The notes: generated by a model from the letters alone, not told the origin. Positions 9,788 through 19,895 are shown, counted from the stretch's first letter. The stretch: DNA of 45,116 bases from an uncultured Candidatus Saccharibacteria bacterium (GCA_964534415.1 CAZHOL010000004.1:1-45116); one strand, 5' to 3'. Numbers and translations are program-made.

Positions 9788-10678
9788 ATGTTTGGAAGAA
9801 AAAATAACAAAAAAATTCTATTGGTAAATGGTGGGAGCAAGCAATTCGGTATGGATTTCCTCAAACACGCTGAGATGGCAGGATTAGAGTGCAGAAAAAT
9901 TCGAACCTATGTAAATTCGTCTATATTATTGGAAAAAAATAAAATTACTTTTTTTGAATCAGGAGAATTGATTGATCTGCAAAATTACAAATATGCATTT
10001 ATAAGAGTAAAATCCATCGGCACACAACTCACTTCCCTATTTTGCGAAATTCTAAACAATTTGAAAATTGATTACAACGACAAAAGCAATGTTGAGCACA
10101 CGATGGGAGATGAAAAAATTACACAGATGTTGAGATTCGCCATGAATAATGTGCCAATACCAAAAACTTTTATCTTTTCTGATCGGTCATTTGAGAAAAA
10201 CATAGAGGTTTTCAGAGAAAACTTTTCTTTCCCTTGTGTACTTAAAACAAATGGTAGCAAAGGTCGTGCTGTTTGGAAAATTAATTCAGAGAATGAGATC
10301 CGTGAAATTGTTTCTAACACAAAAAAAGAAATTTATATGGTGCAGGAGTATATACCAAATCAATATGACGTGCGCGTTGTTGTTGCATATGGAAAAATCG
10401 TCGGAGCAATTGAGAGACACTCATCAGACGGTTTCTATAATAATGTTGCTATGGGCGGCCTAACAAAAATCGCGACACTAAATAAAATTGAAAGAAAGCT
10501 ATCACTGCAAGTCTGCCAGATCATGAAACTCGAGCTGGGTGGTGTAGATTTTGTCAGAACAAATGATGGAATCAAGTTTTTTGAAGTTAATAAAGGTCCA
10601 GTGGTTTATGGATTCCAAGATGCGACAGGAATTAATGTGCCCGAGGTTTTGGTGCAAAATATCAAGAAATTAATCTAG
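9788..10678 (+). CDS. RimK-type ATP-grasp ligase (alpha-L-glutamate ligase-like)
   Basis: 296 aa. FPCVLKTNGSKGRAVWKI, MVQEYIPNQYDVRVVV, LGGVDFV match the RimK/GshB-type ATP-grasp layout. Confidence 0.8.
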   Translation: MFGRKNNKKILLVNGGSKQFGMDFLKHAEMAGLECRKIRTYVNSSILLEKNKITFFESGELIDLQNYKYAFIRVKSIGTQLTSLFCEILNNLKIDYNDKSNVEHTMGDEKITQMLRFAMNNVPIPKTFIFSDRSFEKNIEVFRENFSFPCVLKTNGSKGRAVWKINSENEIREIVSNTKKEIYMVQEYIPNQYDVRVVVAYGKIVGAIERHSSDGFYNNVAMGGLTKIATLNKIERKLSLQVCQIMKLELGGVDFVRTNDGIKFFEVNKGPVVYGFQDATGINVPEVLVQNIKKLI

Positions 10679-10679
10679 A

Positions 10680-12449
10680 ATGCGATATAAATTTGAAAAT
10701 CATCTATTCAGAGAAAGGCAATCAGATAGTGTAGATTTTTGGCTAAGTGAAATATCGAAATTAGAAAACGGAGAAACTCAAAAACACACATTAACGCCTG
10801 ATGAAATCGCAAAACTTGATACATTTGAAAGTGATTTGACCACAGAGTGGCAAAGTTTTGCTGAACTAAAATCTGTTATGTTATCTTTGGATCTAGATTT
10901 TTTACAAACCGAACCCGGTATTACAGCTTTCAGAAAGATATTTGGTTCAGAAATAAAAGATGAGGAAATCGCAAATTGGATGTTAATGAATCCTGAAATA
11001 ATTCAGGCAAACATTGATGCTGTAGAAAATGAAATAGAAAAAAAATCTCAAGAATTTCAAATGGAGAGAGTCGTCAATCAACTGAAATCGAGAATTAATA
11101 GTGACGGTACTATTGGAGACACTTCTGATATAGATCCCCCTAACAACTTTGGAATACTTGTGAATACAGAACAAATGGCAGAAAAGATTACAGCCATGCG
11201 AGCAACAAAAAATAGACTAAAGGCACTATTATCAAAATTTAGCAACCCTGGCGACAACCTTGAATATGCCAAGCGAGTACTAGTAGAAATATATTTGAAA
11301 AGAATTAATGTCTCAATTGCAAAGTTTTATCTATTTGCAAAAAGTGTCAAAGAGAAATCCGATAAATTTGGATATGCAAATTTATCTGTTTCAGAAAAAA
11401 CAATTTTATCCGAAGTAAATTTATCTCTTGATCACGACGTTCAGTTAACTAAAATAGATAAATTTATTTTTGGAGCTTCGCGGGAAGTTGATGAGGCGAC
11501 GCAAAACTATAATTCTTTATCATCGGATCTACTGAGCTATGCCAAACACCTCGATGAATTGCGATCAAAAATTAACATCAGAGAATCGATCGAACGAATG
11601 GGGCTAGATCCCGAGAAAGTACTCGAGAAAAATATATCTCCAGATGACCTGAAGAAGTTCGCGGATGTATTACTCGAAAAATATGGTCTAATCTCCAGCA
11701 CCTCTCAACCATGGAAATATGAAATTAAAAAAAGAAGAACATTTTCTGTGCAAGGAGAAATCAAAACAATTAATGGGGTCAATATCCCCAGAAATATTTT
11801 AGATGTGATGTCAGTTCTACTTGGTCATGAAATTGAGGGGCACGTCCTTCAACACGAAAATAGTTCTAAAATTCCCCTAAAAATATTCTCTGAATTCGAT
11901 GGAGGCGGCAGATCATCATTATTTGCTGAAGGTGGCGCCATGTACATGCAAGATAAAGTCACGAGAGAATTATTCGGTTTCGAAAACCTACCCAAAACCT
12001 CTTACATCAAAACTTTGGCAAAAAGATTATCTGGCGGAAACTTTATTGATTGCATGAAGGTATATTTTGAAAGCACGAATGCCGAAGACCTCGCTGATCT
12101 TACTGCTGGCAAAATCGACAAGCAAAAATATGATGAGATTGTTGAGCGCAATTTGAAGACGGCTGTTTCAAGCACAAAAAGAATATTTAAATACGGAGAC
12201 CTGAGAAAATCTCGAATAGGTATATCTACAAACTCAAAAGACCTGGCGTATCTTGAGCAAAAAAGAGTTCTCGATAAAATGGCAGGTACGCCTTTTTTCA
12301 AGCTTGCATTCGTAAGTGGAATGAATTTGGAAACCGCTCACCATCTAATTGATTTAGGTCTTTTGAAGCTTGAAGATATCAAAGAGCCCAGGACAATGAC
12401 TGCCGACATGTGGACGGAAATCAAAGACAACTACAAACTTCATCAATAG
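10680..12449 (+). CDS. DUF1704 / MATCAP-like putative metallocarboxypeptidase (QEGLA-motif family)
   Basis: 589 aa. LLGHEIEGHVLQHEN (HExxxH), LFAEGGAMYMQ at the QEGLA position, KDLAYLEQ near the C-terminus. The ATG is 1 nt after the RimK-like stop. Confidence 0.65.
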   Translation: MRYKFENHLFRERQSDSVDFWLSEISKLENGETQKHTLTPDEIAKLDTFESDLTTEWQSFAELKSVMLSLDLDFLQTEPGITAFRKIFGSEIKDEEIANWMLMNPEIIQANIDAVENEIEKKSQEFQMERVVNQLKSRINSDGTIGDTSDIDPPNNFGILVNTEQMAEKITAMRATKNRLKALLSKFSNPGDNLEYAKRVLVEIYLKRINVSIAKFYLFAKSVKEKSDKFGYANLSVSEKTILSEVNLSLDHDVQLTKIDKFIFGASREVDEATQNYNSLSSDLLSYAKHLDELRSKINIRESIERMGLDPEKVLEKNISPDDLKKFADVLLEKYGLISSTSQPWKYEIKKRRTFSVQGEIKTINGVNIPRNILDVMSVLLGHEIEGHVLQHENSSKIPLKIFSEFDGGGRSSLFAEGGAMYMQDKVTRELFGFENLPKTSYIKTLAKRLSGGNFIDCMKVYFESTNAEDLADLTAGKIDKQKYDEIVERNLKTAVSSTKRIFKYGDLRKSRIGISTNSKDLAYLEQKRVLDKMAGTPFFKLAFVSGMNLETAHHLIDLGLLKLEDIKEPRTMTADMWTEIKDNYKLHQ

Positions 12450-12450
12450 A

Positions 12451-14031
12451 TTATCTACCCAACAATCTCAACAATTTCCTGCTTCTCTTCTCCATTTCAT
12501 CTACATAGATTTTGAAGTCGTCGATTCTATTTAATTTTCCGTCTTGCAAGATATACAAACTATCTACTGCTGTTTTTTCAACAAAAAATCGATCGTGCGT
12601 AACAGTTAATACTGTGCCATGAAATTCTTTTAAAGCCTTCTCAAGCGCTTCACCCGCCTCGAGATCCAAATGGTTTGTAGGTTCATCTAAAATCAAAACG
12701 TTAACTCCTTCCAAAGCAAAATATGCAAGCAACAAACGAGCTCGGCTTCCTGGGCTCAAATATTTAATTTTAATTCCAACTTGAAATTCACTGAAACCGA
12801 AATGTAAAAGATGTTCAGTCAAAACTTCCTTTGACTGATAATTTTTTTCCATCAAGAATTGCACTGGTGATAGATCGCGAGGCAAGCTATCGTGCTCCTG
12901 CATCAAGTTTCCAATTTTCGCCCCTTCCTGAATTTCAATTTCTCCCTCAATTTTCGGAATGACTCCTGTGATAGTTTTTAGAATTGTAGATTTTCCAGAA
13001 CCATTTAATCCGAGAATACAAATTCTGCTACCGAATGTAACCGATAGATTAATTGGACCAACACGAAAATCATCGTATCCGCAGATGACATTCAGTAACG
13101 AAATGTCTTTCGGTGCACCAACATCGATTTTGGGAATATCGACTTTAAACGCTCGACGTGTTGGAATCTCTTCAATTATTTCCATACGACCCATACGTCC
13201 ATAAATCACTTGTGCATCTTTCAGAGAATTTGCAGCACGATTTCGTTTGAATCCGCGCAAAATCTTGTCCTTGTCAGTACCTTGCCATTTCATTCCTTTT
13301 CGAGCATCTTCTTTTTTCTGTTGAGCGAGCAATCTCAGCCTCTTCAACTCCTCTTTCTGTAATTTGATATCAATACTATTTCGGCGTAACTCTTTTTCTT
13401 TTTGAAGCAAATAATCAGAATATTTTCCTGCGGTGATTTTCAAAGTGCGAGTTTTCCAATCGATTTCAAAAATCTTTTTAGAAACGTTGTCGAGAAACTT
13501 TTTATCATGTGAAACCACAATGAAAGCAGAGTCTGTGTTTTGCAAGAAATTTTCCAACCAAATTAATGCTGGCAAATCCAAATTGTTTGTTGGTTCGTCT
13601 AGCAATAACAGATCGGGCTTCTTTAGCAACAATGCTGTTAAAAATACTTTTGTCTTCTGGCCACTCGAAAGCAAACCAATCTTTTTCTCCTTAATTTCTG
13701 TTGGCAAAGCAAAACCTGCAAACATAATTTCGATATTTCTATAGAATTCATCACCGCTCATTTCTGTGTAGCTTTCAATAAATTTCAGAACATTTTCTCG
13801 ATTATGCGAATCTGGGTCCTGAGGCAAAAAACCAATTGTGGTTCCCTTGTGATACTGAATTGTGCCCGTCTTGTCATTATCAATTCCCGCGAGCAACTTC
13901 AAAAGAGTAGTTTTTCCAGTACCATTAAAACCAACCAGGGCGATTTTGTTCCCCTTTTCTACAGTGAAAGAAATGTTATTAAGAATCCTTTCGCTGTCAT
14001 AATATTTGTTTAAGTTAGAAACTTTTAACAT
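12451..14031 (-). CDS. ABC-F family ATPase (two ABC cassettes, no TM domain)
   Basis: GFNGTGKTT / LSSGQKTKV / LLLLDEPTN and GLNGSGKST / LSPGSRARL / VLILDEPTN, separated by a charged linker. Confidence 0.9.
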   Translation of the reverse strand: MLKVSNLNKYYDSERILNNISFTVEKGNKIALVGFNGTGKTTLLKLLAGIDNDKTGTIQYHKGTTIGFLPQDPDSHNRENVLKFIESYTEMSGDEFYRNIEIMFAGFALPTEIKEKKIGLLSSGQKTKVFLTALLLKKPDLLLLDEPTNNLDLPALIWLENFLQNTDSAFIVVSHDKKFLDNVSKKIFEIDWKTRTLKITAGKYSDYLLQKEKELRRNSIDIKLQKEELKRLRLLAQQKKEDARKGMKWQGTDKDKILRGFKRNRAANSLKDAQVIYGRMGRMEIIEEIPTRRAFKVDIPKIDVGAPKDISLLNVICGYDDFRVGPINLSVTFGSRICILGLNGSGKSTILKTITGVIPKIEGEIEIQEGAKIGNLMQEHDSLPRDLSPVQFLMEKNYQSKEVLTEHLLHFGFSEFQVGIKIKYLSPGSRARLLLAYFALEGVNVLILDEPTNHLDLEAGEALEKALKEFHGTVLTVTHDRFFVEKTAVDSLYILQDGKLNRIDDFKIYVDEMEKRSRKLLRLLGR

Positions 14032-14070
14032 TTGACAATCCTAGCAAAAATATGCGGAAAAAGCGAGCAT

Positions 14071-14706
14071 TTATATCACTTCCACAACTTCATCAAATTC
14101 ACGTCTGGTTTTTGGCAAATTAGCATATTGATCCTCACCTCGATAGCCTAGCGCCAAAATTGTGACCGATGCCAAGTTTTTTTCATGCAATCCCAGAATT
14201 TCGTCGACTTTTTGCGCGTCGAATCCTTCCATCGGACAGTTATCAATTCCCATTAGTGAAGCTGTTTCAATCATCACACCGAGTGCAATGTATGTTTGTG
14301 CTGAAGTCCACACTTCAAAAGAGTTAGTGCTTTTCTTGTATGAGATTGCGCCATCAACCATTTGTTTCAATCCTTCCAAATCTGTAGCAGGTACTCCCTG
14401 ATTTTTTGAAGTTCTTTCAATTAATTCATTAGTGATGTTTTCAGAATCAGTTCTTCGAGCAAGTAAAATTAAATGCGACGCGTCAGTAAATTTTTGCTGG
14501 TCATATCCTACCTGGCGGATTTTTGCGCGAGTTTCAGGATTATTGATTACCAAAAATTTCCAGGCTTCAATCCCGAACGAGCTTGGTGACAATCGTGCGC
14601 TCTCTAAAATTGTCTTGATATCGTCGTCAGAAACTTTTTTGTTTGCATCAAAAACTTTTGTTGCGTATCTATTTTTTAAAGCTTCAATAATTTGATTTTG
14701 AATCAT
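14071..14706 (-). CDS. NAD(P)H nitroreductase family protein (NfsB-like)
   Basis: 211 aa. RYATKVFD near the N-terminus, SPSSFGIEAWKFLV, and overall nitroreductase-fold length and pattern. Confidence 0.82.
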   Translation of the reverse strand: MIQNQIIEALKNRYATKVFDANKKVSDDDIKTILESARLSPSSFGIEAWKFLVINNPETRAKIRQVGYDQQKFTDASHLILLARRTDSENITNELIERTSKNQGVPATDLEGLKQMVDGAISYKKSTNSFEVWTSAQTYIALGVMIETASLMGIDNCPMEGFDAQKVDEILGLHEKNLASVTILALGYRGEDQYANLPKTRREFDEVVEVI

Positions 14707-14741
14707 GGTAATTTTAATTTAAGTTAAAGAATAATTATACA

Positions 14742-15650
14742 CTATCTCAGCGTGATCTCTCCGTTTGCAAAACTCAATATTAATTCACCCTTTGAAGTGA
14801 AGTGATATTTTGAAACACTAGCAATAGCACTCGCGAAATCTCCCTCTTGCGACCCCTCACAATACATCAGTGTCGACATCATTGCTTCAAATTTTAATGA
14901 AGTGCTAGTCACAGAATATCCACCTCCCATCGAATTACAGTCGGTTTTGACCGAAACACGGCCATCTTTGCCAAAAACTAGGCCAAACCTGTCGTTTCTG
15001 GGTAGAATTTCATTACCATCTTCATATATTGTTTTTACCCATTTCCACTCTCTGTCTGTGAGTTTCATCGCTGATGGATTGGCTTCACCTTCAAAATTTG
15101 GGACAAATTCCCCAATTGTTCCGTCGCTCGCGAGCTGAACATATAGACTTTTTCCGATAGAGGGTGCTGTCGCCATAGACTCATCAACTAATCGAGTAGC
15201 AAAATTAAACACAGCACGTCCATCAACCACATTTATATTCTGAGGAGCAATTCTGTCGCCGAGATATAGAGCGTTTGTTTGTTTCAAACTGCTCAAGTCA
15301 TTAATCAAAAGAGTTGCGTAGAAAAAAGTTCCGCTTCCTCCCGGTTCGTGCGCAAGCAAAACCGCATAATCGATGTCGCCATCTTTGTCTGCATCAAACT
15401 CTAGAGGCTCATTAAAAATACTGAGTTTGTTTTTTGTTGCAGATCCTTCCATGATTGGAATTTCAACGGCGCCGTCCTTCATTTGAAAAACTTGTCCGTC
15501 AATGTTGTAGTTGAAGTTTAAAACTTGCGCCTTATTTGGTGGCAAAATTACGTCACTGTCGGAAAAATTAAACTTTACAAATCCGACAGCAACGACGATT
15601 ACGACCAAGACGACCGCCATCAAAACGATTTTAAGTAATATTTTTTTCAT
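14742..15650 (-). CDS. Membrane-anchored protein with a C-terminal META (HslJ-like) domain
   Basis: N-terminal signal anchor. C-terminal LTDREWKWV...DCNSMGGGYSVTSTSLKFEAMMSTLMYCEG resembles META domains. Confidence 0.65.
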   Translation of the reverse strand: MKKILLKIVLMAVVLVVIVVAVGFVKFNFSDSDVILPPNKAQVLNFNYNIDGQVFQMKDGAVEIPIMEGSATKNKLSIFNEPLEFDADKDGDIDYAVLLAHEPGGSGTFFYATLLINDLSSLKQTNALYLGDRIAPQNINVVDGRAVFNFATRLVDESMATAPSIGKSLYVQLASDGTIGEFVPNFEGEANPSAMKLTDREWKWVKTIYEDGNEILPRNDRFGLVFGKDGRVSVKTDCNSMGGGYSVTSTSLKFEAMMSTLMYCEGSQEGDFASAIASVSKYHFTSKGELILSFANGEITLR

Positions 15651-15680
15651 AGGGGTATTATATCAATTTTAAACTTTAGT

Positions 15681-16451
15681 CTAAATATCAAAATCCAACA
15701 TCAGCGCGTTGTGATCGGAGACTTCATCAGGCAACACACGAAAATCATTCACCTTCACCCCAGGAGAAACAAAAACATAGTCGGCATATCGCACTTCTGG
15801 TTTGTAAAATGAAGTCCTTGTCGAAGTAATTCCATACTCCTTTATCAAATTTCGTAGACCGAATTCTTCGAACATCTTCAAGCTTTGAGTATCTGGGAGC
15901 AAATTAAAGTCCCCACACAAAATATATTCACCTTGTATTGTCTTGAGAAAGTTTATTATATTTTGTGACTGTAAAATTCGATCGTCCGAGTCTCCTTTTC
16001 CCTGACCATTCCAAAGCCCGTGGAAATTTATTATCGCAAACAACTTCCCATCATTTTCTAATTTTAGCCATTGAATATTTCTTGCGTGTTTTCCTAGATC
16101 ATCTTTGGGAAAGTAACCCTTTTCCTTGTGCACATAAACTTCACCCTCATCTTGCACGCGAATCTTTTTATTCACCATAGTCATGATTCCGTAATGGTCA
16201 GTAAAGTGTGGTCGAAAATATTCTTTAAAATTTGAAAGAGTGCCGCAAATATCCTGCATTATTCGAGTGGCAACATCCGCATTAGTTAACGGCTTACCAG
16301 CAGTAGAATATCCCTCGAGGTGATCATGTGGCGCCGACCAAATTTCTTGAAGACAAAAAACGTCTGTTTCTTGCTCATACTTAGGAAAAAACGATAGTAA
16401 AAGATCTCTCCCCGCTCGACCACCCCAAGTATTCAGAGTAATTAATTTCAT
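15681..16451 (-). CDS. Endonuclease/exonuclease/phosphatase (EEP) family protein
   Basis: 256 aa. LNTWGG, VFCLQE, ILCGDFN and C-terminal SDHNAL are EEP catalytic blocks. Confidence 0.8.
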   Translation of the reverse strand: MKLITLNTWGGRAGRDLLLSFFPKYEQETDVFCLQEIWSAPHDHLEGYSTAGKPLTNADVATRIMQDICGTLSNFKEYFRPHFTDHYGIMTMVNKKIRVQDEGEVYVHKEKGYFPKDDLGKHARNIQWLKLENDGKLFAIINFHGLWNGQGKGDSDDRILQSQNIINFLKTIQGEYILCGDFNLLPDTQSLKMFEEFGLRNLIKEYGITSTRTSFYKPEVRYADYVFVSPGVKVNDFRVLPDEVSDHNALMLDFDI

Positions 16452-16483
16452 GACTAAATAATATCAATAATTTACCTTAAAAT

Positions 16484-17098
16484 CTAATAGCTTTCATCCG
16501 CAAAAAACTCATTCAATTTCTTCAACAATACATCGTGTTTAACGAATTTTAGATAGAAAAAGCCGGCAGTACAAGAAATCAGTGCCCCAATCATATCGAC
16601 AATCAGGTCTGTCATCGTATCTCGCAAACCGGATTTTTGCATATTCAATCCAAAAGTCTGATCCATAGTAAATTCAAAAATTTCCCACAACGCACCAATT
16701 GCCACCGCGAATGCGAAAGCAAACATACTGATCACGACTGGACTGGCTTTCAATTTATCTCCTCGGAACAAAGCAATCAAAATAATCATTCCAATTAAAC
16801 CGAAACCGAGAGCCGAGCTCGCGTGTAAAATAATATCCCACCACCAAAACTTTTCATAGAATTTGAAAGCTTCACCTAAAAATAGCGAAGCATAGATGAA
16901 AAAGATCGCAAGAACAATAATTGAGCTCGGTAATCTGAAATTTATTCTGGAATTCAATCTGATAATGTAAAAGACACTGAATGTTGTCAGCGAACTCACC
17001 AACACTGCTAGCCAATTTTTTTCATAAACCGCAAAAGCGATGGATAGAAAAAGAGAAATCCAAACTGCGGAAAGATAATTTGGTGTGGGCTTTAACAT
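16484..17098 (-). CDS. Polytopic membrane protein, function unknown (possibly YjdF/DUF2238-like)
   Basis: 204 aa with about 6 hydrophobic helices and a WWWDIILHASSALGFG block. Family assignment is from memory only. Confidence 0.55.
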   Translation of the reverse strand: MLKPTPNYLSAVWISLFLSIAFAVYEKNWLAVLVSSLTTFSVFYIIRLNSRINFRLPSSIIVLAIFFIYASLFLGEAFKFYEKFWWWDIILHASSALGFGLIGMIILIALFRGDKLKASPVVISMFAFAFAVAIGALWEIFEFTMDQTFGLNMQKSGLRDTMTDLIVDMIGALISCTAGFFYLKFVKHDVLLKKLNEFFADESY

Positions 17099-17276
17099 TT
17101 AAATTTAGACTACGCCTTTGCCTTCTTTGGTTTCTTCTTTTCTTTTCTGTGTCTATTATTTCCTTTTGCCATGTTGATTGTATTATTTGTTAATATATTA
17201 ATACTATCACATTTTGTAGACGTCTAATCGTTGTTTATCGATTATCACAGATGTAATTGAAAACTTTTTGAAGTTC

Positions 17277-17302
17277 AAAACGCGCCGAGTGTGGCGCGTT
17301 TT
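17277..17302 (-). terminator. Intrinsic terminator downstream of gltX (bidirectional shape)
   Basis: AAAACGCGCC-gagtgt-GGCGCGTTTT, a 10-bp stem flanked by A/T runs, 11 nt beyond the gltX stop. Confidence 0.75.
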
Positions 17303-17312
17303 GTTTTGCAAA

Positions 17313-18983
17313 CTAAATAATCGAACCTAATCTTTTAAATACCCTCTCTCGGCCCATAACCGCCATGATTGCATGAAGATCTGGAGTTTGAACTCTGCCG
17401 GTTAATAGCACGCGGAAGATTTTAGCGACATCAGCGACATTACCCTTAAATCCTGACGGATTAGCTTTAAATTCCTTCATATTGTCAGCAAAACCGTTCG
17501 CTTTAGCGATTTCTTTGATCTTTGCAAACCATTCGTCTTTTGTGAATTTGTCGTCATGAATTTGCATGTATGAATCAACAATATTTTTTATGTCTTCCTC
17601 CCTGAGATTTCCAATAGTTTTAATCGCATCGTCTTTTGTTAAAGTAAATTTCTCATCAAAGAAATATTCAATTTCATTTTTCACATCAGACCATTTTGCA
17701 ATATCTTTGCGAGCCATTCCATCCGCACCTCGTTCAATATTAAAAATTTTCACAACATAATCACGGTTAGCTTTCACAAATTCTCCAAACTCTGGCTGAT
17801 ATTTTTCTGCCCAATCCAAATATTCCTCACATACTCTATCGGCCGAGTATCTAGCAATGATTTCCTTGCCAATATCACCAAGTTTCACGAAATCAAATAG
17901 CGGACCGTTCGAGCCTGCCAATTTTTCTAGAGTGATTTGGAATTCACTATTGCCGAGAGTTGGGTTTGCCTTGCGCCAATCTTCAAAATTTGAATTGGCG
18001 AGATTGATCAAATATTCAATCACCGCATTTTTTGGATAACCTTGCTCGTCATAGAAAATTGCGTTGGCCTCAGGATCCTTTCGCTTGCTAATTTTTCTTT
18101 TTGATTTTCCATCCATCTTTTGAATTGGAGGAATGTGTCCGTATTGAGGCGCGGTCCAACCCATCGCTGTGAACAATTGCAAATGAAGCGAGACAGAAGA
18201 AAACCATTCATCGCCACGAATGACATGCGTTGTTTGCATGAGGTGATCGTCGACAACGTGCGCCAAGTGATATGTTGGCAATCCATCTGATTTCATTACG
18301 ACAATGTCTTGATCATTCTCAGAAATTTTTCGATCGCCGAGAAGGAGGTCAGTCATCGCAACATAATTATCAAAATTTCCTGGAGATTTGAATCGTATGA
18401 CGAATGGAAGTCCGGCGTCGAGAGCGGAGAGAACCTCTTCATCTGTTTTATTTCGCCACATCGCCCATTTTCCATAGTAGCCGGGACGAATTTTCAGTGA
18501 CTCCTGTTCGGCGCGCATTTTGTCCAATTCTTCTGAAGTTGTGAAGCACGGATAAGCCAGCCCTCGTTCAACGAGAGACTTAACATACGCTTTGTAAATT
18601 GTGGCGCGATCACTCTGTTTGTATGGACCATAATTTCCCTTCTCGGTGCCGTCGATTGTCGGTCCTTCATCAACTGCGATTCCATAGTGCGCAAGAGATT
18701 GCAAAATTATTTCGATTGCACCCGCAACCTCGCGTTTTTTGTCGGTGTCTTCGATTCGCAAAAAGAAAATTCCGCCAGATTGATGTGCCAATCGTTCGTT
18801 GATGAGGGCGGTATAAACAGAACCGACATGCATAAAACCAGTTGGGCTCGGTGCGATTCTGGTGACCATTTGGCCTGACTGCAAATTTCGTGGAGCGTAT
18901 TTGGCCTCGATTTCTGCGATAGTTGGCAAAGCTTCCGGAAAGAGTCGGCTGATAATCTGTTGCTTGATTTCCTGTTGATTCAT
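17313..18983 (-). CDS. gltX: Glutamate--tRNA ligase
   Basis: PSPTGFMHVGSVYTALIN (HIGH region), KISKRK (KMSKS), class I GluRS core. 556 aa. Confidence 0.93.
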   Translation of the reverse strand: MNQQEIKQQIISRLFPEALPTIAEIEAKYAPRNLQSGQMVTRIAPSPTGFMHVGSVYTALINERLAHQSGGIFFLRIEDTDKKREVAGAIEIILQSLAHYGIAVDEGPTIDGTEKGNYGPYKQSDRATIYKAYVKSLVERGLAYPCFTTSEELDKMRAEQESLKIRPGYYGKWAMWRNKTDEEVLSALDAGLPFVIRFKSPGNFDNYVAMTDLLLGDRKISENDQDIVVMKSDGLPTYHLAHVVDDHLMQTTHVIRGDEWFSSVSLHLQLFTAMGWTAPQYGHIPPIQKMDGKSKRKISKRKDPEANAIFYDEQGYPKNAVIEYLINLANSNFEDWRKANPTLGNSEFQITLEKLAGSNGPLFDFVKLGDIGKEIIARYSADRVCEEYLDWAEKYQPEFGEFVKANRDYVVKIFNIERGADGMARKDIAKWSDVKNEIEYFFDEKFTLTKDDAIKTIGNLREEDIKNIVDSYMQIHDDKFTKDEWFAKIKEIAKANGFADNMKEFKANPSGFKGNVADVAKIFRVLLTGRVQTPDLHAIMAVMGRERVFKRLGSII

Positions 18984-19026
18984 ATTGAAAGTTTAGCAAT
19001 TTGAGGGGGTTGGGGCAAGGCGATTG

Positions 19027-19275
19027 TCACTTCCCCCTAACCAAATTCATTTTCTCCTCTCGCGTCATTCTTTTCAATTCGGCCTCTTTCGCGCGAGCAT
19101 CGGCGTAATTTTCACATTCGCAATTCCAAACCATTGTGACTGGTCGGCGAATTTTGGTGTAATGCGCGCCGGATTTAGCGTGATTGTGTTGATGAAGTCT
19201 TTTTTCCAAATCATTCGTCGATCCAACATAGAAAGTCTCATCGGCGCAAAGCAGAATGTAGGCAAAGTACTTCAT
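19027..19275 (-). CDS. GIY-YIG nuclease family protein (small stand-alone type)
   Basis: FAYILLCADETFYVGSTNDLEKRLHQHN is a GIY-YIG core. 82 aa. Confidence 0.85.
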   Translation of the reverse strand: MKYFAYILLCADETFYVGSTNDLEKRLHQHNHAKSGAHYTKIRRPVTMVWNCECENYADARAKEAELKRMTREEKMNLVRGK

Positions 19276-19290
19276 TTTATAAAAATAGTT

Positions 19291-19836
19291 TTAAACTTCT
19301 CTAAAATTTACACCGCTCGGCAATACAAACATGCTAGCGTCCGCACTCCAAGCTTCACAAGAATAATCACCAATCTGCTCTGCGTTCCAAGAGTATGAGG
19401 CAGACATCGCAGCACCCGTGTTTACAGCGGCACTCTCGACAACCTTAGCCTTGAATCCCATCGTCGGTGCCATCGAAGTCCACGAGTATGTGTATCCGTC
19501 GCGCACGATCAAAGATGAAGTTACGCTGATGCCCTGAGTTTGAGTTTTATATTCTCCGCGAATCAATCCACCGTTTATGTAAGTCGTTCCAACAGTATCG
19601 ACACCGGCAACGCTTTGATTTACTGTACATTTGTATGCCCCACCCTGTTTGATAAATTCTGAGAAAGCCATTTTCTTGCCAGATACTGCAGGTGCCTGAG
19701 TCGTTTCGCTCACAGTCGTTGTTGAAGTTTTCTCTGCGCTTTCTGCTGGTACCTGACTATCGTTCGGTTTAAAAATCACCCCAGCCACAACTGCCACCAC
19801 CACAACAGCAATTGATGCAATTATTTTTGTTTTCAT
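19291..19836 (-). CDS. Secreted or membrane-anchored hypothetical protein
   Basis: 181 aa. N-terminal hydrophobic anchor (IIASIAVVVVAVVAGVIF), then a T/S-rich linker and a beta-rich domain. No family recognised. Confidence 0.55.
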   Translation of the reverse strand: MKTKIIASIAVVVVAVVAGVIFKPNDSQVPAESAEKTSTTTVSETTQAPAVSGKKMAFSEFIKQGGAYKCTVNQSVAGVDTVGTTYINGGLIRGEYKTQTQGISVTSSLIVRDGYTYSWTSMAPTMGFKAKVVESAAVNTGAAMSASYSWNAEQIGDYSCEAWSADASMFVLPSGVNFREV

Positions 19837-19895
19837 ATTCTAATTTTCGCAGAAATAGAGGTGAATGGCAAATGAAATTTTTATGAATTTTTTGT

